Positions 23,301-36,400 of a DNA stretch of 64,000 nucleotides are shown here, piece by piece. The notes beneath the pieces were generated by a model, which did not search any database, was not told the origin of the DNA, and saw only the letters and a program-made list of their open reading frames with translations. The DNA is taken from assembly GCA_020137815.1 (NCBI GenBank), contig CM035360.1:2232001-2296000 (forward strand). Reading direction: 5' to 3'. Position numbers and translations under genes: made by a program. This DNA is from Hormiphora californensis. Its lineage: Eukaryota > Animalia > Ctenophora. Numbering within the stretch: the stretch's first letter is position 1; every line of letters begins with the position of its first letter.

Positions 23301-26300
23301 AGACAACTTTATTTCCCAAGCAAAAGTGAAAAAAGATATCTATAAAGTCGCCTGACCGGGATTTGAACATGGCATCTTATGCTTCTTAGCCCAGATAGTG
23401 GCCATTAGACCACGGAGCTGTTAGGTAAAGTGCAATTCAGATATACTTATCCTGTGCCGAGATTAGAAATTTTGGCAGAGGTTCCCCAGGGGCTCCTGGC
23501 CCCTACTCGGTTTTTCAAGAAAGTTCACCCGGCCAGATTCTGGCCCGCCGGTGCCTGTTATTGGAGCAACAGGAGCCCTTGCACAAAAGCTTTATTGGCA
23601 CTTGAGTAATGTTGGTATATATATACTAAGTGTTATCGTGTTGGTCGTAGGGCAGGATTCCCTCAATTTGTGTTAATACCATTTGTTACAGTTGACCGCA
23701 CTTTATTGATCCATCAGGCCCCAGGATCGCGGCTACGGGACCTATCCCTGGCCTTTCCCCAGAGAGACCTCCCTCCCCGGGTCCTTCCTGTGAAGGACCC
23801 GCAGCACCCACCCCCCATGAGATTAGGCCCTAGGCTGCCACAGGGAGTCAGAAAATCCTGTCACCTGACTCCCCCCGCAGAATTAATTGCCATGTGTTGT
23901 GCGAGATGTGATACGTTCTCCTGTGTGGTGTCGTGCGAAATGTGATAAGTTCCCCTGTGTAGTGTCGTGCGAAATGTGATAAGTTTTCCTGTGCGGTGTC
24001 GTGCGAAGTGTGGTAAGTTCCCCTGTGCGGTATCGTGCGAAATGTGATAAATTCCCCTGTGCGGTGTCGTGCGAAATGTGATAAGTTACCCTGTGCGGTG
24101 TCGTGTGTCCTGTGTGTGCGTGATAACTTCCGGAAGTTCCCCTGTGTGTTAAATAAGTATAATTGATTAAGTATGATTAAGTCGACTATAATTAAGTGTA
24201 TAATAGTTAAGTAACAAGTGTATAATAATTACGTGTATGATAATTAATTGTATGTTAATTCAGTATTTAAATTTAGTGCCCTTATTTAAGTCTAGTGTAA
24301 CATTATAATCGCCGTATATTTCATTTTAGTAATTACTATTTCTTTATAAAGTTTTATACCCTAATGTCTGCCTTGTTAATATTATTTGTCAAATTTTGGG
24401 TTCTGTAAGGCTGTTTTAATTCCTTGCCCTGTTCATTATTAAGTTAAAGTTACGGTCAATAGTATGTATTTTCGTTGAAGTATAGATTAAAAGACTTTCG
24501 AATTATAGTTTATGTGTTCGCCCATGTGTTAAATAAATTGCCCTGGTTAGTTTAAAAGGTTTCAAAATAATTTGTATATTATCAATAAGTTATTTTCGAT
24601 TAAGATTTCCCCAGTATTTCATATGATTGTAGATCTGCCACATCTCCAACACATGAGTTACTGAGGAGAAGCATTATTTAAATCTGTTCAAACTTGGATG
24701 CCATATATTGGTACGCTATTCGCCCACAGCGTATTTAAGAAGATTCGGCTGTGTGGGTTGTTATCTATTCTTCAACTGCTTTGTGGTAATAATTATGATA
24801 GTTGTTGCGTCTTAATGTAATTAAGATTTAGATTAAGATTGAAATAAAGGTCGTTGTTTGGATTAGGATAAATATTTCCCTTCTGGGTTTATACAAGTTG
24901 TGGTATTTTAGCCATAAATCTAATGTAGGGCCAGGGGTTTCAGCTTTGATTACGATCAAGGTTAAGTTTTTCTATTTTGGGTTTTAAATGCAGATTGCAA
25001 CGTATCTTAAAACCTTGTCAGGGCATTTCTCTTGCCCTATTCTTAGCGTGCGAAAACTGTGGTCGGAGTGTTGGCCCGACAGGTAGAACTGCAGAGTTGT
25101 CAAGCTTTGATTAAGATAACGATTTAGATTACGTTCTCTATTTTGGGTTTATGTGACATATGAGTCATAACCCTGTTACAGGACCAGGGTTTACAAGACT
25201 TGATTAAGATTGCTCTTTCAATTTTGGGTTTGTGTAAGCTGTAATTTATTAGAGGACCTGCAGTGTTGTAAAGCTTTCTATTTTTGGTTTTGTGTAAATT
25301 GCAGTATATTAGCCATAATTGGAACTTGTGGTATTAAGCTTTGCAATGGAGCACTATTGATTTTGGTGTGTATGGTTTTCTCTTTTTGCCCTTCTGCTTT
25401 AAGTCCTTCCAACTCGGAATTACTACACTTGAAATGCGGTTGTTCTCTTTAGAAATATCAAGTGTGGTTTCCGATGGATGGCCTGATATTTGATCTATGA
25501 AATTTAGCCAATGTGATGCTAAGTGACGCAAAAGGGTTATTACGTCTGGCTGAAGCCTTTGCGCCAGATTTCTGTTTTCATAGGGGTCCTGTACTATGAA
25601 GAATTTTGAGTTGCTAAGTGTTTCCTTACTTCGTATATCAAATGATTTGGTAAAAAGTTGGCCATTATCTATGTTTGTAAGGACCTTGCCTGCGAAGCAG
25701 GCAAGCCCCGTAGGGGCGTAGGCCTGCACGCTCGTTAAGTCCAGGGGTTGCTAAGACGCGCACACACACACCACGCCACGAACTGCTGACACGTTTCAAC
25801 TTTTATTTTAAAAACAACCGCGCGCGCCCCGACTAAATTTTAGGGTATAAGTGTGACATAAGTGGCCACCATGTTCATTTTAGCACCATCTGAAAACTGA
25901 ATTAAGCCAATTTGTAATTTAGGGCTGAATTGATGACCCCTTAAACATTATTCAAAACTCATAAAATAAATATTTAAATCTTGTTACCATACCTCATTTT
26001 CGGGAACGGGATAAAAGGACAGTTCACATGGCATTATTCGAAACTTGGTATGTGTAATGAGAAGGAAAAGGACAAATATGTACCAATCTTGGTCAGGACC
26101 GAATCAAACTAGGGGAGAGAGATATAATTTTAAATTAGAGTGAAGAGAGAATGCGATTTAGGATTTATACTGTAAAACATACAGTACGGGGCGTTGACGG
26201 CCACGAAAGTGCTCGACCGGGTGTAGAGGGAGCAGGATACAAATTGAAACACTTTAGGTGGTGGCAAACATATGTTTGCCACACCCTAAAGTGTTGTGAT

Positions 26301-29300
26301 GACCTGATAATGACCTGATTATTAATTAGCATTATACCATACCTCTGTCAGGAAAAAGCCTACACCGGATGATGGGAGCTTCATAATTATTGATAGAGGA
26401 CAGTTTACACGGCATTGTTCGAAACTCAATGATCAGTACCTGGAAATAAGTGTTAAAAGATTGTGATGGACAAAGAACTATTTATTAAGTTACAGTCGGA
26501 CCCCAATTTACCGGTCGTTGATATACCCGAGCCGGGATCACTGCGCTGGCAAGCGCAAAGGTGGCCCCATCCCATCCCCCCAAAAACTTTTCCCGAAAAA
26601 GTGGGCCCGCTTGCCAACAGCGTAGATATAACAATTTTGAAGTTTTAGCTCATTTTGGCACTTTTCGACCCCTCCTAACTCCGGAACCAGATGAGCTAGG
26701 AGGCTGAAATTTGGTACTTAGAAGCTTCCCATAGACCTCTACTGATGGTAAAAATTTGAAGTAGCTAGCTCATTCCGGTCGCAAGTTATGACACCACCCC
26801 TAAAACAGAAAATTCAGTGTGGCGATAGGTATATATCACTGCGCTGGCAAGCGCAAAGGTGGCCCCATCCCATCCCCCCAAAAACTTTTCCCGAAAAAGT
26901 GGGCCCGCTTGCCAACAGCGTAGATATAACAATTTTGAAGTTTTAGCCCATATTGGCACTTTTCGACCCCTCCTAACTCCGGAACCAGATGAGCTAGGAG
27001 GCTGAAATTTGGTACTAAGAAGCTTCACATAGACCTCTACTGACGGTAAAAATTTGAAGTAGCTAGCTCATTCCGGTCGCAAGTTATGACACCACCCCCA
27101 AAACAGAAAATTCAGTGTGGCGATAGGTATATATATAGATAGATAGATAGATAGATATATAGATATAGACGCTTCACTGTGTAACACTTGTAGCCCGAAC
27201 CATACTAGCTAGAGACTTGAACCAAGTTTTATCCGTTAGGAAATCGTTCGGGGCATGCATTAGTTAAGGTTTCGAGTGAAAATATCCACTATGACGACCG
27301 TAATGACGTCACAAAGTGACGTCATTGAAAAATCTCAGATCAAATATTTTCAAACGCCTCTAACACCTTCAAGACGTATTCTGATTCCTGATTTGACGGA
27401 AAATCGTTAGTGGCAAATTGTCTGAACTTTCTGATACTATATTGTGATTTTCTCTAACTTGTCATTTTAAGACCTTAAAACGCGTCGGAACTCAAAAGTT
27501 TGATATGAAAATCCACATAAAAACTCACATTTCGTGCAATAACTTCAATTCTTGACTACCATGGCCTTTAAAACCTTCCACACGTTTAGTACTTCATTGG
27601 CCAAATAGTCTGTCATAATTTTTTATGTCGTCGTGACGTCACATGTGACGTAACGACGTCAAAACGACGTCGAATTTTGAAAATTTCGTCAAATCAGTTT
27701 CCTACAACCCAGGATACATTTGAATTACATTTGAACACTTTAGTTGACAATTATCTTAGTTGTTTGAGGTCATAAATGAACTCCAACGACCAAAAAAGAG
27801 TACAAATTTAGAGCAAAAACTAATTGAAATTAGTTCGCCAGAAAGGTGGCCCATTTTGAACTTACTCCTTCATTTCCGTCACCTTTGAGTTGAAGGCGGA
27901 AAAGTTTACGGACACCTCAATGTCTTTGAAGCCTCAACTCAAAGGTGACGGAAATGAAGGAGTAAGTTCAAAATGGGCCACCTTTCTGGCGAACTAATTT
28001 CAATTAGTTTTTGCTCTAAATATATATATATATATATATATATAGATATAGACGCTTCACTGTGTAACACTTGTAGCCCGAACCATACTAGCTAGAGACT
28101 TGAATCAAGTTTTATCCGTTAGCAAATCGTTCGGGGCATGCATTAGTTAAGGTTTCAAGTGAAAATGTCCACTATGACGGGCGTAATGACGTCACAAAGT
28201 GACGTCATTGAAAAATATCAGACCAAATATTTTCAAACGCCTCTAGCACCCTCAAGAAGTATTCTGATTCCTGATTTGACGGAAAATCGTTAGTGGCAAA
28301 TTGTCTGAACTTTCAGATACTGTATTGTAAATTTTTCTAACTTGTCTTTTTCAGACCTTAAAACGCGTCGGAACTCAAAAATTTGATGTTAAAATCCACA
28401 TAAAAATTCACATTTAGTGCAATAACTTCAGTTCTTGACTACCATGCCCTTTAAAACTTTCCACACTTTTAGTGCTTCATAGGCCTAATAGTCTGTAATA
28501 ATTTTCGACGTCATTTGTGACGTCACATGTGACTTCACGACGTCAAAACGACGTCTAATTTTGAAAATTTCGTCAAATCAGTTTCCTACAACCCAGGATA
28601 TAATTGAATTACATTTGAACACTTAAGTTGACAATTAGCTTAGTTGTTTGAGGTCATAAATGACCTCAAACGACCAAAAAAGAGTTCAAATTTAGAGCAA
28701 AAACTAATTGAAATTAGTTCGCCAGAAAGGTGGCCCATTCTGAACTTACTCCTTCATTTCCGTCACCTTTGAGTTGAAGGCGGAAAAGTTTACGGATACC
28801 TCAATGTCTTTGAAGCCTCAACTGAAAGGTGACGGAAATGAAGGAGTAAGTTCAAAATGGGCCACCTTTCTGGCGAACTAATTTCAATTAGTTTTTGCTC
28901 TAAATAAGAAATTAACATTATTTGACCCGGGCACCCCGAATTATCAGGCAATATCTTTCCCCCGAGCATCGCGGTAAATCGGGAACCGACTGTATACATT
29001 AGCAAAAATCACACTTTTTGGGGGGGGGGGGGAATATATTTATGATTTCTATGTACATATTCAAAACTAATTTTCCAATTTCCATCCGCTGTAATATATA
29101 GAAATGGATACCTAAGATTTGTGTTTTTAATATCACAGAGTAAGAATTGAGAACATCCTAAAACACCTCATGGGACGGTCAGTTTTGCTACTCATACTAT
29201 TCTCAAAAATTATTCGATCCAAAAAATGTGTGTCCAACAAAGAGTGTCCAGTGTCCTATTTTTACCACGGGATCCTTGATCCTTCCAATGTTCGGTATTG

Positions 29301-32300
29301 TTTATGAGTCCATTCACTGCATTTATAATTCTATTCCCATTCCATGTAACCAGCTAAAATGGAGCTGGATCAATACTGCAGTCAGTAGATGATGTATGCA
29401 GTGTTAGGGGAGTAAGGAATGTCCTGACATCACAGCACACATCACAACAGCACCCACAGTTGCCGTCATAATAACATGTGGTGCAGTTTGTTACATTCAA
29501 CTCGGATTCCAGCTCTGAGTGGTCCTGGAGAGGAGGAGATGGGGTGTTAGGGGTTGATTAGGGGGTGAGTTAGGGGTGTTGGGGTGGGATAAAATATAGA
29601 AACTGCGGTTTGGGTAGCAGGAGTTGAGTGATTAGATATAACATGGGCTATTATACGAGTAAGGTAAGCTGGGGCAAATTGGTCCATCGGGTAAAGTGGC
29701 CCATGTATGGGGCAAATTGGCCTGCTCGTTCTGTTCCGGATTTTTGCCTAGTTAGACTGTTTACAAATGTAAAGGAGGGTTAGAACATAACAATTAAAAC
29801 TGCTGTGATTTCTGTTTGAGTTGGCCGATTTTAATTTTACAAAAACTGCCAGTTAGGTTTTTTATTCTTCTAAAACTAGGCATAAAATTTTTTCAAAAAA
29901 CTCACTACATACATATTAAGTTGATTAAATTGTCAAATTAGTCAAATTGGGGCAAATATGGTCCACTCACTGGGGCAAGGTGGTCAACCCTGGGGCAAAG
30001 TGGTCCACCTCTAGAACCAATAAAATGGAGTATGAAATACCACGTGACACTGGGGCAAGCTGCTGGAGACAACATGGGCCACTTTGCCCCAACTATCGGT
30101 GTTTTAACAACATCAGTCACGTGATAAAATTGAGCAATGCTTTTGCTTGGGCCACTTTGCACAAGTGCAAATTTTCCAAAAAAAGCATCACCAAATTATT
30201 TGAATTGATTAATTAACCCATTAAATAAAACTTGCAGGTTTTAAAATTTAGCCCGGCTGAAAGGAAAACGTTTCATTGGGTAGCCTATACATTTTTTTCT
30301 CCTGCTGTATAAATTAAAAATGGGCCACTTTTGCCCCAGCTTACCATACACGGGAGTGTAAATTAGCAGTTAGGGGATTGAAAAAGCAACCTAAATGGGG
30401 TTAGAGCTGGACACAAACCTTATCACAGTAATCCTCCACATCATCAGCTTCAGGTCGAGATGTGATCTAGCTCCTTATCAGTCTGGGCTATAGCTTCCAG
30501 TGGGGATCTCTTGACTGCAGCTGGGCCTGACTGTTCCTCTTCAAGATCTCCTTCCTGAGAGGGAAGGGGTGTTAGAGGGTTGGTAAAGGGGAACAGTGTT
30601 AGAGGGTTGGTAAAAAGGGACAGTGTTAGAGGGGGAACAGTGTTAGAGGGTTGGTAAAGGGGGGCCGGGGGGACAGTGTTAGAGAGTTGGTAAAGGGGGG
30701 GGGACAGTGTTAGAGGGCTGTAAACTCACCATTAGGTTCGACAACTCATTATTGATTCCCCAGTGCAGTTTAAAATATCCTTCGACTCTCTTATCGTAAA
30801 GTTATCTGTAGAGAGAATAGGTTATATTTCATTTCTGCTTTCTTGGGAATAGCAAGTGTCATGTTGTTCGTGGCCCCGAACAACATGACACTTTCCTAGT
30901 AACCCTACGGGGTCACTAGGAAAGTTTTATAAATTTCAGGGGAAGATACACGGTTGCCAGGGGTTATGTCTGCTAAACAACTGAAGGACAACAACTAGAA
31001 GGAAGGGATCACATGTGAGATATCTTAAATCCAGTACTACAACGAAAGAGAGAGGAGATTGAGAGAGGCGGAGAGAGAGGTAGATATAACTAGAGAGATA
31101 GTGAGGGAGAGACTGACAGCTACTGAGGGTGAAAGAGAGAGAATTCATAGAATGGTAGCAGGTAGGGCGAGAGAAAAAATATAGATTTAAAACATTTTGA
31201 ATTGTCAACTACTAGTATAAAGAACTACAAAGTATAAACTAGCACTGGTTGCTCTCACCTTAAATAATGTCGATGCCATGACCACTTGACGGCGAGCAGA
31301 GGAGCGTGACATACAACATAACCACTTTTCCCATCAATAACTAGCAGGGTCTGAGATAGTAGTTATCCTCTGATGGACTATTTTTGAGAAGGACAACCGT
31401 TGAACACCTGGAATTGAGTGTGTGGGTTACAGATATAACGTCAAGAGTAGGTTAGCAAATGGCAAATATATATAAATTCTCAACATGCTGCGTAAGACCC
31501 ATAACGATGTTATAACCCTCCTTTACATTTGTAAAAGAGGGCGGGGCGCACGGAAAGAGAATAGAGCCAGGCAATAACGATGAGGCAGTAAAAATTGCGA
31601 AAGTCATGTGTGCTAATCGACTCTACTACAGTCACTGTAGTACACTGTAGTACAGTGTAAATTTCGGCTGACCTGTTGAACACCACCCCACCCAAAATAC
31701 ACACCAAAACTATCTCCCGAAACAGTTGCATTGTAAACTTGGTGAACCACTGTGTTTTGAGATTCCCTTGGTGATGAACCCGCAGTGTTGGTAATACATG
31801 TATCAGATGTATGACGTATGTGTGTACTGTTATACTGTGTATAACTGTACTGTGTAAAAATACTGTGAGTATACACATGTGCATTGTGCATTACATATAA
31901 TTTGGTATAACTTCATTGATGCCTACCGTTTTACAGAGCTGACACTGGCACACCCACCATTCCCTCTTGTCATCTCACAGCTGTCATGTCACCTCAACAC
32001 CAGATTTCTAAACTCATATTTGTTTACCTGGAGATAGGGCAAGGGGATGAGTAGAAGGGGTTCTAAAATAGTTGCAATGGCAGTGCTTAATATATCTTTA
32101 GTTTATGTATAAATCCCAGGTGGACTTTAACTAAGAAACAAAACTATCACCTACCAGAGTGAGGGGATGGGGATGAGATCACGTACCGGCTGGATGTGGT
32201 GGTTGAAGGTAGGACTGGGCTTGTTGCTGTGCATCAGTTCTTGCATCAGTAGTTGGGAGGAAATGTGTCGGGGAGACTGGAATTAGAGTGTGGGTTAGAG

Positions 32301-33171
32301 AGGGATGACACAGGTGATAGTGGGGGGATGGGGATACAAACTAGGGAAACCAATCAAGGGTCTAGTAACATGTAGTAAAATGACATCTACATACCGGGGG
32401 TATTCCTTTGGCAAAATGGTGGGGGCGAACCATGAAGTTTGGTGGCATTCCCTTCATCCCCATGGGGTGGGGAGGGGTGAAGGGGCCAGGAGGGAAGGGT
32501 AGCTTGATACCACCACCCCTGGATGTTTCAATGGTTTAGGTCCCTGATCCTGCTCAGTAGGGGATACACGGGGCATGCCAGGTCCCTCCCCAGATCGAGG
32601 CCTCATCCTGTTCTGCATGTGGGTGGGAGTCAGGTTGATGTTCATCTCGTGGGGCAGACACTCATCCTTGAACCACCGCTCAGAGCTCTTGATCATAACG
32701 CTGGTAGGGGTGAATGCCATGGGGAAGGGACCTTTGTTCAACATTCTGCAGGGAGAAATAATTTGGTAATTAATCAGTTAGTTAATCAAACCTGAAAGTG
32801 AATTGTTAGTAAAGTTGTCTGGTAGAAACTAGAGACCCAATGATTCATCTCCCGGGTTACCTGTGATCATTTTGGTGAGCGGTGATCCTAGTTGGAATGC
32901 TCTCATCCCCGGACAGTCTAGGTCTCATGAAGGGCTGGGGCTGCTGTTCCATTTGGGGTGGGGGCATTGGTCCCATACGGGCTGGGGCAGTCAGAACAGG
33001 GGCACCCTGACCTGGCAGCCGGAGAAGGGCCTTGACAGCCTGGGTTTTATCGTGCATCTGAAGGTGGAGGAGGAGTATTAGAGTGGTGTGGGGGAGGAGA
33101 GATGGAGGGGGAGGGATTCACTGCAGACAGGTTAGCAATCCGGGATTGCCAATCCCAGGTGAGAAATGAGT

Positions 33172-33235
<64 letters not shown>

Positions 33236-33379
33236 TATGGATGGAAAGATAGAGAGAGTGAGAGTGAAAGAGAAGGGAGAGGGATAGAGAGAACTAAATG
33301 GTGTTGGTTTCGCAGTGCTTAGGCTACATGCTATCACTCGGTGTGAGAGGCAAAATATATTGAAAAAGAGAGAGGGAGG

Positions 33380-33426
<47 letters not shown>

Positions 33427-36400
33427 AGAGTGAGAGAGCTAGAGAGAGGAATTAGGCACGTATGAGGGATTGTATATTTTATTGAGAAAGCACAATTAAT
33501 TCAGTCAGATCGGTGCATACATTTTGTTTTCTGGGTAAACACAGCTACACATGCATAACATTACATTTTTAAGGTGTAACGCTAGTAGTTGTTGCTTCAC
33601 GGTTTGGTCGTAATTGTGCCGTTGAACTTGCTAGGAGGACTAAGTTTACTACGAGCTGGTAATATACACATCAGGAACCGACCGAAACAAGTAAACAACC
33701 AATCAGAACTCGTTATTTAGGTCACGTGACTGATAATCAGCCAATCAGGGACCAGTGTTTCCTGATTCGGTCGGTTCCTGATACAAATGTATCTCTCCCT
33801 CCCTCTCTCATCCTGGCTCATCCTGTGTCTATCTCCATCTCAATCACTAACAAAGTAATGGTAGCTGTTCAATTTCTTCTCCTTTCTTGTAAGTTCTGGT
33901 TTGAGGACATTGTGGAAGATACGTTGAATAATAACTGGGAAGTATCTTGCAGCTACTCACTGCTGTGGTTCTCTGAAATAGGGGAGATTGTTATCACGGG
34001 TCAAGGGTGCTGCCTTGCGCCGCCGACCCCATCTGAGCGCACTGACCACTGTCGCTTGGATCAAATTGGGTTATGACTTTCTGTCCACCACTTCTCGTGG
34101 TGATAGCATATCTTACCTGCTGAGTATCTGAGAGAGTGCCAAGCGTGGGATACTAAACACAGTATCCAGAACGCAGTATCCAATTAGAAAAGTGATAAAA
34201 TTGATGTTTGGAGGGCATCAAATCCTGGGTTTTTATACCGTTCATTCAGATTTATCCATTTCGTCACTCGTCAGATTTCCCCGTTTCGCCATGTAACACA
34301 CTAGAGAGGTTTACAATGTTTAAAAATAAAAAGTTTTGGGGGGGGTCCAGCCCTAAAAAAAGCTAAGCTAACGGCCAAAATCAGGGTACCTTTAGCTTTT
34401 TTTAGCTTTTTTTAGCTTTTTTTAGCTTTTTTTAGCTTTTTTTTAGCCTTTTTTAGCTTTTTTTAGCTTTTTTTAGCTTTATTTAGCTTTTTTTAGCTTT
34501 TTTAAGGCTAAAAAAAGCTAAAAAAAGCTAAAAAAAGCTAAAATTGAGTTTTTAGTGAATTCATATAGGTTCGAATCCCGCTGACGCCAAATTTTTTAAA
34601 CTTTTATTATAACGTTTTATAACGTTTTTTGAACTTTTTTAAAACTATTTTTATCAAATTTGAATAATATTTTTATCGAAAAAATGTCTCCAGAAAATGG
34701 CAGTAGGGGTGGATACAGAAATTGCTATGTATGGACATAAACGGTAGATTATGGTAAAAAATGTGCAGGAAATGAACAAATGCAGTCAATAGACGTCCGG
34801 AAGGATGAAAATTTAATGGAAAAGTGTCAAGATGAATGCTGAAAAAACATAAAAAGTAGGGCTAAAAAAAGCTAAAAAAAGCTAAAAAAAGCTAAAAAAA
34901 GCTAAAATAAAAAACGCTATCGACCAAAATCAGGGTACCTTTAGCTTTTTTTAGGGCTGGACCCCCCCCCAGTTTTATACAATAAAAGTAAAAAAGGGCT
35001 TCCCATAGTGGGTCCCCGGTCCCCCATAAATTATTTAAACGTTACTCCATACCGGCCTACACAGGCATGCCATAGAAAGATTGTTAGGGAGTACCGGGTA
35101 TCCATGTCTCATATAAGACTGTCCTCTTCGCGGCGAGCCTTAGGCCTGGTGCGGCTACGTGAGGTTGTGCGGTGTACACTGTACAGTCAGTGCCTGACAA
35201 CGGGTATCCCCTAATGGGGGGACACTGTCCACACCCCGCTAATACACTAAACATATTGGTTCACAAATATTAAAAAATATATGTCCAACATGCGGACGTT
35301 TCCGCCCGTAGCTACCTCTAGCTGGGTTTAACAGTGTGTATATGTATGTACAAAAAACAGAATCAATAAACTGTCGTGATAACAAGTGATGAGTAGCGTG
35401 TAGAAGGGATGTTGTAAATAATTTGAATGAGGAATGAGGATGTGCTCGATATGGAGCAGCGCAAGGAAAAGGACCCAGGGATCGATGTGGAGGAGGTAGG
35501 AGTAAAGGGCCCAGGGATCGATGTATAGGAGGTTGGGAAAGGACCCAAGGATCGATGTGGAGCAAGGTAGGGAAAGGACCCAGGAATCGATGTGGAGGAG
35601 GTAGGAGTAAATAACCCAGGGATCGATGTGAAGGAGGTTGGGAAAGGACCCAGGGATCGATGTGGAGCAAGGTAGGGAAAGGACCCAGGAATCGATATGG
35701 AGGAGGTTGTAGTAAAGGACCCAGAAATCAATGTGGAGGAGGTAGGAGTAGAGGACCCAGGGATCAATGTCGAGTGAAAGTAGGAGTAAAGGACCCAGGG
35801 ATCAACACGGAATAATGTAGGAGAGAAAGGATACAGGTATCGATGTGAAGGAATACACGAGAAAAAGGGAGCCCAGGAATCAGGAATAGGAGTTGGAGAC
35901 AGTAGTTACTCAGGAATCCATGTGGATGTACCAAATGTAGGGAAGTGAGGATTATTTTGCCGATCATTGGTTGTATGCTCTAAAGAACAAGTGCGTCTTC
36001 AGGGATGTTTTAAAAGTAGTAAGGGATTCTGAGTCCCGGATTGATCGTGGTAGCTGATTCCATAATTTAGGTGCAGCAATACTGAAAGCGCCTCTAGTGT
36101 TTTCGTAGTGGTACTCACTCCTCCGCACCTCTTTCAGAGCGGTGACGTCATTATCCACTCGGAGTGATTTCACTTTCTGAGGCCGCTTCACTTACAACTC
36201 AGACATATATGGAGGGGATTGATCATGAAGGGTCTTGTATACCATCAAGCAAATTTTGTACTCTATTCGCTGTTTCACAGGCAAGAAGTGTGATTTCATG
36301 CGAAGTTTTGTTACACCGCGTTTTCCTCTTTTCCCATAAATGTATCGTGTCGCACTGTTCTGAACTTTCTGTAGGTCGTAGTTTTGTCTTTGCTGCAGGC

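Noticed and set aside
23899-24105. 34-bp repeats as a CRISPR array
   Set aside because: No spacers and no cas genes; a simple minisatellite.
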